In this document: piece after piece, positions 25,801-36,671 of the stretch
Layout of the letters: every line of letters starts with the position of its first letter
Position numbering within the stretch: the stretch's first letter is position 1
Assembly: GCA_043228905.1 (NCBI GenBank)
Contig: JBHGNT010000016.1
Span: 12,090,001 to 12,154,000 of the forward strand
Direction of reading: 5' to 3'
Length of the DNA stretch: 64,000 nt
Origin: Azolla caroliniana
Taxonomy: Eukaryota > Plantae > Polypodiophyta
The notes under the pieces: model-generated
What the model was told of the DNA's origin: nothing
Seen by the model: only the letters and a program-made list of their open reading frames with translations
Databases searched by the model: none
Made by a program: the position numbers and the translations under genes

Positions 25801-28800
25801 ATTGAGACCAAATGTCTCTCTAAATCTTTCCATTTATTTGTCTTGTTAAGACTCAGTCCCCACATTTCTACTTGGTGAGAAAAAGAAAAATGCATTAAAT
25901 ATTGTAATGAAGTAGATGTAGGTTCTAAAAGTCAGTTGTAATTAATGCTGGAATAAAGTAAATCTAGAGAGAGAAAATGTGCAGAGAGATTGCAAAAGGG
26001 AGATATCAGTTCTGGGGTTGTCACCCTCCAAAAGAAAGTCTACCCAAAAATAGAACGAGAACTCGTGGAAGACCAGAATAGTGAAATTCAAGAACTAGCT
26101 TATTGTCAGCCTATCTAAGTCATCTAACCAAATTGGAGGTTTTATAACTAGTATTTACTACTTAGTCCTTAGTTACCGATGTACTTGGTAAGAAAACCTA
26201 AAAATTTGATATTTGTCTGACACATGTGTATGCAAATACAATGCCTTCTCTAAGAAAGAAAACCTTTGTGAAACCAATGCATCCACAAGAGTATGATTAA
26301 GAGAAAAATAGACACTTACCAAAACTCCTATTTGCGATAAAAACGTCAGCGCCTCTATGTTTTGCTCCATATGCAATGGCTTTGCCTGCTCCTCCAGCAC
26401 CAATCACCACAAAAGTACGTCCAAAAAGTGGTGATGTTGGAGTGCTACTTGTATTTACTCCTGAAATGCCTAAGAAAATTAGTTGATTATCGTCGATTGT
26501 TAGCAAGCAATTATAGATAAACACCACCTAAATTTGGTGATTTCGCAGTGCTACTTGCTTGAGAAAATCAGCTGATTACAGTAAATTGTTAGCAAGCAAA
26601 TCCAGACAAACACCACCTAAGATTATATAACCATACCCCGCAATCCATCTTCTATGGCAGTGATTGCTCCTTCACAATCAGTATTGTATCCAATAAGCTT
26701 TCCATTTCTTCTAACAATTGTATTAACAGCACCAATAGCCTGCCAAAAGACCAAATAAACTGCATATCAAATATATGCAACAACCTGCAGCTTTCGCACT
26801 GATATTATCGCTCATACAGATGCTAAACCGAGTTCATTCAATGTTTACTACATTCTACTCTTACATACTTTTCGTAGAAGTGCCCAGTAAGAGTGAAAGT
26901 CTATCCGTAAAGTTTAGGGTTCATAAACTTGTGTACATAGTAGACAAAATTGGTGGCTTACATATTCACAGGTCTCCTTGGTGTGTGTACATGTTTATAT
27001 ATGGATTTAGGGGTGAAGAGGGTATACCAAAACAACTTAAGCTTAAAACACAAAATTTACTCAGTTTTCAGGATAAATTTTGAGATTTTAAATGCAGGGC
27101 TCCTATGGATAGATGGTCACCCATTAATACCCATAAGGCAGATGGCCACCTTAACCAGGGAGCTCTTATAGCTGGTCACAGCAGTCTTGGCTGAGAATCA
27201 AGAGAATTCATGATGCCGTTTTCATTGAACGATAGCAGCTTAATGCCTTCCGAAATTTACACCATTAAGAACCACAAAAAGAGATGCTCAAATTGGCCTA
27301 TCTGGATGTCTTGAGAGAAAGTTAGAAGGCAAATGAATATACTTAGAGGAATGCGGCCACATGCACGGAGCCTGAACATTTTTGTTAAGGGCTGTGGTTC
27401 ATGGCAAACATTTTTTCTCCGCATTCAGGAAGCTATAACTGTACTAATTCAAGTGAGGATCACAATCTCCTCTAAGTGGGGGAGAAGAGAGAAGTAGAGA
27501 GGTAAAAGGTTGCTACCAGAAAATTCCAGTAAGTATAATTCTTTTAGGAACTTATAACCCAGGTTGACACAAAACAACTCTATCAATTCAGGACTGTTCA
27601 CAATCTCATCTCTTATAACCCACCTTAACCAGGGAGCTCTTATAGCTGGTCACAGCAGTCTTGGCTGAGAATCAAGAGAATTCATGATGCCGTTTTCATT
27701 GAACGATAGCAGCTTAATGCCTTCCGAAATTTACACCATTAAGAACCACAAAAAGAGATGCTCAAATTGGCCTATCTGGATGTCTTGAGAGAAAGTTAGA
27801 AGGCAAATGAATATACTTAGAGGAATGCGGCCACATGCACGGAGCCTGAACATTTTTGTTAAGGGCTGTGGTTCATGGCAAACATTTTTTCTCCGCATTC
27901 AGGAAGCTATAACTGTACTAATTCAAGTGAGGATCACAATCTCCTCTAAGTGGGGGAGAAGAGAGAAGTAGAGAGGTAAAAGGTTGCTACCAGAAAATTC
28001 CAGTAAGTATAATTCTTTTAGGAACTTATAACCCAGGTTGACACAAAACAACTCTATCAATTCAGGACTGTTCACAATCTCATCTCAGTGGGGGATCAAG
28101 TATTGGTAATATAAAAAGAGAGGTGAATGGCTGCTAAAAGACAATGCCAATATCCATTAAGCATGACAAGTACACCACAATCAAGCATTGGTAGAATAGA
28201 AAGGATTATTCATCAACCTTGGCAAGTGGTTCGACTTCATCACAACACTCCAAAGCTGCTTCCTTGTGGGGGATCGTCACACTGATAACAGATAAGAGCA
28301 ATACTAAAGAACTTGTAAAAAAGTGTCATCCTTTTTCCATCAATATAAGACATTTTATTACCTGAAACCTGTGAAATCTGTGCCATTGTACACAGTGAGA
28401 AACTCCTTTAAGTTATCGACAAGGAATGGAACATAAATACCATCATATCCAATACTCCTAAATGCCGCATTGTGGATAATTGGTCCTTTGCTGTGACTTA
28501 CAGGCTTTCCAATAATGCCATAAATTTTTGTTTCTCTACTGACACCTTGTAATCCATAAATATTTCTCAAGTCTGCCAATGTAGGCTGCCCAGGAGCAGA
28601 TTCCTTACCAGATGCAAGGGAACCAAATGTCAGGAATCCACCAAATTTCGGGCTCAAAAGCCGGCTTATGATACCCCCTTGACCCATTACCAAAGCAATT
28701 GTCGGAATCTGCAGCTCAATTTTGTAGCAGTTATACACATTTTCTTTAGGATATAACAAATCATAAAATAAATGTAAAAAAAATCACCTATCAACACCTA

Positions 28801-30479
28801 TAATTCTATTGGAACTGCTTAAAATGTACGGTGACTATCCAACAATACTATGGTATCTCCATGCATTGACAATCACCATCCCAGAACTTATGTATAAGAA
28901 TAAACTTTCAAATGATGAACGTGAAGTACAACACATACATACTTACTTGTGACCTTGACAATATGTTAAAGACGGGTGCAACATCTGTAATCTTGTTGGC
29001 AGTTGTTACAAATTTTACAACATCAGCCCCACAAGCTTGAATGCTCGCAACCAGTGAACCAAGCTCCTCCGGTGATGGGGTTGTTTCAAAATTATGGTTA
29101 GACACCACAATGTGGCAATCAGTTGACTTCTTACCTTGCAAGCTTTCCAAGAAGTTTGGAGCAATCTATGTACAGATGAAAGCATAGAAAAGAAGAAGCC
29201 GTTATATGTAATGTTGCTGCGAGTATAGTTATTATAATTGAAGTAACTGTAATGCAAACCTTAAACTCAACATCAACAAAATCAGCTCCAAGGTTGATTG
29301 CTAACCGAAGAGCATCTAAACGAGCAGATTCACTTCCCACATACTCCCCTCCTTCCCATGCTGGCCTACAATAACAAGTTTCTTGTATCGAAACATGAAT
29401 CCACAAAGACAAATGCATTTATATTTTTCCATGTCACTGAGTACCTTTAAGTACCTTTAAGTGGTGGTCATTGCTCATTCTCAATGGCACAATAGTTTCT
29501 CATTATGTGTCAAAGGCTGTTGCAAGAAGTTCTAGCTTTCGATCAAGTTGTATCTAATATATAGTCTAATATTAGGAATTCATCCCATGTATGTAAATAC
29601 TATGAATATTGTAGCAACATCACATGTTCAGGGTTGGTTTCAGATATATCTATCTCGATGACGGGTCATGTATGTCATGTTCATCTCATGCATGTACATA
29701 CTACAATATCATAGAAATGTTCAAGGGCTGGTTAGATATATCCGTTTCAAGACTGGTCAAGTACGTCGTTTTGGCATTTTATGGACACTGATATTAAATT
29801 CCATTTCGATTTTTTCTCCCCCCAAAAAATATCTAGACTCTCCACCACTAAAAAAAGTATCATACATAGCATCCATATGTAGGAGGTGCTAGAAATAGCG
29901 CATAAAAATAACCCCTGGTTTTTGTCACATCAAAAGATTAATCCCTCTCTCTCTCTCTCTCTATTTGAAGTGACACATCTTCCAAGTGAATTATCTTCTT
30001 CATTTCTTTCTTTCTTCTCTCTACCTGAAGTCATACACATCTTCCATGTGAATTCACAGAGAGAGAGACACACACACACAGAAGGAGAGGGACTGAGATG
30101 ATTTTATAATTGTCTTCTAAGGTCAAATCTGGGCCTACATGACCAAGAATAAAAACAGTTTCGTATAATGCATGTGAAAGTGAGTAGCTGCTATCGATGT
30201 TCAAGAACTTTAGTAATGAATGTCACAATAGAGAGAAAGAAAGCAAACAGAATTTAGCATTGCATAGATGTACCTGTAAGTGACGATAACAGGCAAGGGC
30301 CTTCCATGGAGGAGCAATGGGAGATCTCTAGATGGATGGAAGTTAGAGATGTGGTCTATCCTGAGCTCGACGATGTCCGCGCCCTGGGCAACAGCTAGGT
30401 GCATCTGCTCCACCATTTCATCCACCGTGTGGGCGACCAGTGGGGCACAGAGGTAGCAACCATTGGCAGGGAGAACCAT
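22833..30479 (-). CDS. Bifunctional 3-dehydroquinate dehydratase / shikimate (quinate) dehydrogenase, 10 exons, ~512 aa from ATG 30479
   Basis: Exons with consistent phases, 1539 nt in total: 30479-30274, 29365-29260, 29165-28947, 28708-28362, 28281-28218, 26739-26637, 26460 (or 26469)-26320, 23385-23237, 23146-22984, 22873-22833. Motifs: GADIVELRID, TYRPAWEGG, VVSNHNF, ESAPGQ, KPVSHSKGP, SVTIPHKE, IGAVNT, GYNTD, GAGGAG, ANRS, VFDAVYTP, SGLEMFIRQAMQQF. Confidence 0.94.
23602..23708. repeat. ~40-bp minisatellite, about 2.7 copies, in DHQ/SDH intron 7
   Basis: TAACATATAGCAGTGG(C)AGATGTAGAACnAGGCATATT repeated. Confidence 0.85.
23860..25140 (-). mobile_element. Degenerate Copia remnant (LTR from ~24850, PBS 24838-24849, gag fragments) in DHQ/SDH intron 7
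   Basis: GCTCTAATACCA followed by TGTAAG (decayed tRNA-iMet PBS next to an LTR end); UBN2-like gag fragments (WNIV, RPESFETF). The outer boundary is approximate. Confidence 0.6.
25300..25850 (-). mobile_element. Possible LINE C-terminal remnant
   Basis: Minus-strand fragment WYAEMQQWFDAHG resembles WMQNMKNWFNRWD in the LINE at ~6350. Confidence 0.35.
27146..28086. repeat. Tandem duplication of 467 bp (27146-27612 and 27620-28086) in DHQ/SDH intron 5
   Basis: The copies look identical by eye; a 7-bp filler TTATAAC separates them. Confidence 0.95.
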
Positions 30480-30527
30480 TGTCGTTGAAGAATGGTAGGA
30501 TCGGAGGAGTTGGAGGGTTTGGATGGA

Positions 30528-30614
30528 TCAGGTAGCTTCTGCTGCTGCAGCGGCGCCTTCAGACACAGACTTTGTCGTAGTCGAAGAAGAAGCAGCAGAA
30601 GCAGTAGTAGCCAT
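30528..30614 (-). other. In-frame upstream ORF resembling a transit-peptide N-terminus (MATTASAASSSTTTKSVSEGAAAAAEAT*)
   Basis: ATG at 30614 in ACCATGGC context, 135 nt upstream of and in frame with ATG 30479; TGA at 30530-30528. Confidence 0.7.
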
Positions 30615-30958
30615 GGTTATGGTAAGTAAGAACGGAAGAAGAAGCAGAAGCAGGAGGAGGAGGAGGAACTTGGAAGTGATGTTACTACTACATATATTAT
30701 TTCTACATACATTTTACATTACATACATACATATACGGTACATATGTATGTATTAATTACTTGTCCACGCATTTCATGCTTTCGCTTCCTCTCTACACAC
30801 ATATATGTACACACGCGCACACGTGGACCATCATCTACACATATGTATGTATACATACATTTACATTTCTCATTACTTGGAACTCTTGTAATGTGTACTC
30901 TCATATAATGTAGGTGTCGGTCTGTGTCTCCATATGTATATGTATGTATGTACCTACG

Positions 30959-30980
30959 CCCCCCCCCCCCCCCCCCCCCC
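30959..30980. repeat. Poly(C) tract of ~22 nt upstream of DHQ/SDH
   Basis: Direct observation. Confidence 0.85.
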
Positions 30981-33900
30981 GGTAGCAAACCCCTTTGGTT
31001 GTGCTCTCTCTTGAGTATTTTTCTCATATCGATGATATATGGCATTTGGACTAGAATATTAACCGGTTGTAGTTTGTTCCTCTTCCATGTACATATATAT
31101 ATATATATATATCCCCATCATCGACTAGTCTCTGTATAGTAGAACTCTCTTCTCATGCTTGCTCAAGTGTTTTTCTCGTAATTCTTAATCTCGGTTTGGG
31201 GACTACCTATTCGTAGCCAAAATCAATGCCTGGAAATGCTTTGCTACACAAATGGCTTAGCTTTTCTATGTGGCATGCCACTTGCTAGTATTGACCATTC
31301 ACTTATTCCATTTCGTGTGGGAGTTGAAATGCTTTTTAATGGTTAATCGCATGTGCTATACGTAAGCATGATAGGCATTATGCTTCCCAAGAAGTATTTT
31401 TGTCATCTCAATAATTGTAAATGGGAGGTGGAGTTCCAAGGAATTCCACCTTAGAGGGATTCTCATGCGACTTTACTCAAACAATGGTGCATTGCAACCT
31501 TCGTCAAAATTACGTTTTGTAGGTAGGTAATGCTAGTTTTAGACTTATGTGTTGAATATAAAACAAGGATGACCATTCAAAAGTGATATTTGATCCCTTG
31601 AACTCTTTATACAAGTCACAATAGTTACTCTTTCACAATCAAATGTTGTTGGAAGGACTATTATTTCGTTTGCAATTGGTCAACCCTAGTAATCATTCTT
31701 ATTTGGTCCACTAGATGTGAACGCAATAGAAGTTTTAGGTATATAGTCTTAATTTTCTATCATACTATAAGTCTACTTGAGAACTACAAGTGTGTTTGTA
31801 TGTTTATAAGTTTAAAGAATGATGTGATCTATATAAAACAACATGCCCTCAATATTAAAATGTGTGATGTTTTCTATCCATTTAATGTCTCAATTTGCGA
31901 ATGTTGTAATAACTGAAAAGTATTATTAGGATCACTAAATCATGATTCTACTTTTACATGAATTTTATTAATATTGTTGCTCAAATAGTTGCCTAAAAAC
32001 ATTGCAAATACCATATAGTAATATAAATCTAACCATCATTTCAAGGAAGACATATAATACATAGTGTTAACAAGCTTTCATAAAATTTCTCATGCATGCT
32101 TTGATTACTATAAGTAAACAATGCATAATAACCTACTACTTCATTGTTATTCAAATAGATGTGAAGTATTAGAGTGAAAAAAATTATTGCCACATTAATA
32201 GATATAATTTTTGTGTGGCATTCAAACAAACAATTGATTTTTTTAGTAACAATTTCATTACTAGTGGGAAACCTCAAAGTGAGGTGAAAACCCAGAAAGA
32301 AGCGACCCAATGCTCTTTCCCAGGATTACTCAAAGAGCCTAGGATTACTCATAAATCAACTGACTACTCCGACATCATATGCAATGTCCTGCTTGGTGCA
32401 AACCATTGCATAAATTACGCTTCCGATTGTTGAGGCATAGGCAATCTTGTTCATCTTAGCTTTCTCCTTCTTTGACTTCAGACATTGACTTTTGTTCAGC
32501 TTGCAAATTGTTGCCAGTGTCAAGCCGATCGGCTTTGTGTTTTGCATGTTGAAGCTCTGGAGCACCTTCATCACATATTTTTCTTGTGACAATCATAGCA
32601 TCTTCTTTATCCGATCTCGGACAATATGCATACCTAGAATTTGCTTAGCCGAACCCATATCCTTTATGGCAAAGGACTTTCCCAAAGCCTTTTTCAGACT
32701 TGTTATCTTCTTCATGTCTTGTCCGACTATCAACATGTCATCAACATACAATAGTAGGATGAGAATGTCTCCTCCATCATACTTCTTCACAAAGACACAA
32801 TGATCGGCTTGTGTCTTGTTGAAACCTGTTGAGAGACAAGCTCAACATCGGCCGGATCGGCTGAAGAAGCCGAGGACCGGATCGGTTAGGCCGAGTGCGT
32901 AAACCGGGAGGCCGTTAGCAAAGATATTCCGTGAGGAATATATTTGGGAGTTAGTGTAGGAGCTCTTAAAGAGCATTGAAGTACGGTCAGTACTTCAGTC
33001 AGTCCTTCGAGGACTTGTATAAAAGTGTTCATGGAACACACATATGCGTAGAGGAGTGAATCAAGATCTTTTGTTGAATATAGTTCTTGTGTTTTCTCTC
33101 TCTCACTCTCGCTGTCTCTCCCGCGTATACTGTGTAAGCTCAAGCTCTCCATTAAACCTGAGTTTTCTTCCTTTTGTTCCGTCTTCATACTTGCTTCCGC
33201 ACGTTACTTCTTACATGGTATCAGAGCGCGAGGGTTGAGAACCTCTCTGCAGCCGACACAGCTTGACGAAGAAGAACAAGAAGAACGATGGATAGAGGCA
33301 TGGCGAGCTCGCTTCCAACAGAGAAGCTCGACAGAACCAACTACGCATCTTGGTCTTACAAGATGCACCAGTACCTGCTCGGGCACGACTACTGGAGTTA
33401 TGTCGAAGGAGCTAATGACGCAGCACTCGAATTGACACACAGAGACTTCCCGTCGTGGGAGCAATTGGCGAGCAGGGTATTATACTGCTTTGTGTCGTGT
33501 GTGGGCGAACAACTATTGAGCTATGTTCGTGATGCAAAGACGCCGAAGGGTGCGTGGGAAAATCTGAAGAAGATCTTCGCCGCGAGCACCACAGCCAGGA
33601 AGCTTCAACTCTGACAGGAGTTGAGCAACCTACGACAACGCGACTTGTCGGTGGCGGACTATACCTCGAAGATCAAGGATATCTGCGACTCCCTCGCCTC
33701 CATAGAGGTGAACATCGAGGAGAGCGAGATGGTCCAGATCTGTCTCAGAGGTTTGGCGTCGAAGCTCGGAGCGTTCCGGACGGTTGTGTGTACTTGGGAG
33801 AATACGCCGTCCTTTTTCAACTTACAGTCAATGCTCCTGGTAGAGGAGAACCACGCGGGTGCGTCTACAAGCACGCACACCGACAACAGAATGCTGTACA

Positions 33901-36592
33901 CGAAGGGAGATAGGCCCCGTGGATGTGGAGGATGAGGCGAGTCGGCGCGCAATGGAGGCGGCCGACGAGATCAAGGAAGAAGGCACCGAAGTGATGCTGA
34001 CAGCAACTCCGGACCCTCCGAAAACAGGGGGAGTCGAAGCGATGAGAACCGGCAAGGGAAGGCCATCGCGGAGTGCTGGTACTGTGGCAAGAAAGGCCAC
34101 AGGGAAAGTGAGTGCTGGAAGAAGCGCATCGATTCGGAGAGAACCGGTTCCGGAAACGGCTCCGGACATACCGACAAGCGAAATCGGCAACGATCACACT
34201 ACGCCGAAGACTCCGGGAGAGCCAGAGAAGGGTCTGCCTTCGTGACGAGACACGAAGCAAAGTCAATGAAACGGATCACCCCAAGATCGGACGAGGTGTG
34301 GTATGTAGACTCAGGCGCGTCAAACCACATGACGAGACATAAGGAGTGGTTCTCGTACCTTGAAAAACTGATACAATCTGGAGTAGTCCCAACTGGAGAC
34401 GACACTCCGCATCCAATCGCGAATGTCAGAGAAGTTCCCCTTAGCCATGTCGGGCAGAAAGGGAAACGCATGAATGTGCTGCACGTTCCGACAATCACGA
34501 AGAACTTGGTTTCGGTCGGACAGATTGTCGACCAAGGGATGGAGGTTCGGTTTACACACCTCGGGTGCTTCATTGAGGAAGAAGGCCGTGTGATTGCGCA
34601 AGGGCGCAGAGACGGGAGGATGTTCATCCTCGACTCCACTGACGGCGGCACCGCAATGTTCGCGAAGGGAAGAAAAACCGAGTCGGACATCGACTTGTGG
34701 CACAAGCGGATAGGCCACGTCAACTACTAGCGGCTTCAAGATCTGCAATCGAAACAGGTAGTGTTCGGATTGCCCAATGATAGTGGCCGAAAGGCACAAA
34801 TTTGTGAAGCTTGCCAGCTCGGGAAGCAACACCGACTTCCTTTCCCCAACGAGGGAAACCAGAGCCAGAATAAGCTTGACCTTATACACTCCGATGTATG
34901 GGGGCCGACACAAAACGCTAGTCTTGGCGGGAGCCGATATTTCGTCTCCTTCATCGACGACCACATGCGGCACACGTGGATCTACCTCATTGAGAGGAAG
35001 AGCGAAGTCTTCGACTGTTTCCGGGACCTCAAAGGGTTTGTGGAAACAGAAACGGGACGAAAGATCAAGTGCCTGCGGTCGGATGGCGGGAAAGAGTACT
35101 TTTCTGGTCAATTCAACGGTTATCTACAACAAATGGGAATCCGGCGTGAATTCAGTTGTAGATACACGCCAGAGCAGAACGGCGTGGCCAAGAGGAAGAA
35201 TCGGTTAGTTGTGGAAGTGGCACGGGCAATGTTGGAGGAGAAGAGCTTGCCCAAGTTCTACTGGGCTGAGGCGGTAAGGACTGTAGTATACGTCCAGAAC
35301 CGGATCGGAGACAAAGTGTCGGCGCACGAGCTATATTTTGGAACGAAGCCGAACTTGCGATACTTGAGGGTGTTTGGTAGCATTGAGTATGTGCATATAC
35401 CGAAGGAGAAAAGGAGGAAGCTGGACGCAAAGGCAGAGAAATGCATCTTGGTCGGTTACTCGGACGAGCAGAAGGGTTATAAGTGCTATAACCCTCGCAC
35501 CAAACAAGCGCGTGTCAGCCGCGACGTTGTGTTTGACGAGTCTGCATCCTGGTACTAGCCCCCGACTCTGAACCCCGACTCCAATCCGAGCTCTGACGAT
35601 GAGGTCAGCGAGGCCGAGATGCCTCCGGATGAGCCCGAAATCGAGACCCGCGAAGAGAGTCCGATTTCACTCCGTTTAAGTGGACCGATTTGACGACTGA
35701 GTCGGTACGACCAGTCCGATGAAGAGCCGGCGAGTAGTGGAGACTCGGTCGTGCATTCCCCGCGCAGGAAGCCGAGGAGATGGCTTACGCGCAAAGAGAA
35801 AGGGAAGAAGAAGGTGTCAGATTCCTGCATGGATAGGAACGAGTCAGACCGACGCGAGTCCGACTCTGAGGGAACCGGTGACGGGTCTTTAAAGGTGAAG
35901 ACCGCGTCGACCGAGAAGGCCTCGACATCGGCTAATGTGAGATTACGCCGATCTACCCGCCAGAAGAATCCTGTTTTGCGGTTCGGATACAATGAGTATA
36001 TGGCACATCATTATGCGTACATGACCCGTGTAGCGGAAGTGCGTGAGCCGGAGAGCTACGCAGAAGCGGCTAAAGACGCAAATTGGCGTGCCGCGATGGA
36101 GGAAGAGATGCACGCATTGGCGGAGAACGAGACCTGGGACCTGGTTGACACACCAAGAGGGGTAAAACTGATCAGGTGTAGGTGGGTGTACAAAGTCAAG
36201 TACAACACCGATGGCTCGGTCAACCGGTACAAGGCTCGGGTAGTGGCAAAGGGCTACGCGTAGAAACACGGCATTGACTACAATGAGACATTTGCGCCGG
36301 TCGCGAAAATGATGACCGTCCGTGTTTTGCTCGTAGTAGCCGCGGCCAAGGGGTGGCACCTACATCAAATGGATGTAAAGAATGCGTTCCTGCAAGGTGA
36401 CCTTGAGGAACAGGTGTACATGGTACAACCCCCCGGATTTCACTCCGGAACGAACTCCTCGGCAGTATGCCGACTGAAGAAGTCCCTTTACAGACTGAAG
36501 CAAGCCCCGTGTGCTTGGAACGCGAAGATCACCCAACAACTGCGTCGGATGGGCTTCATCACATCAAAATCGAACTCTTCCCTGTTCATCCG

Positions 36593-36631
36593 TGTAAACG
36601 TAAGTGTTTGCGGAAGCGTAAAACAGAGAAC

Positions 36632-36671
<40 letters not shown>

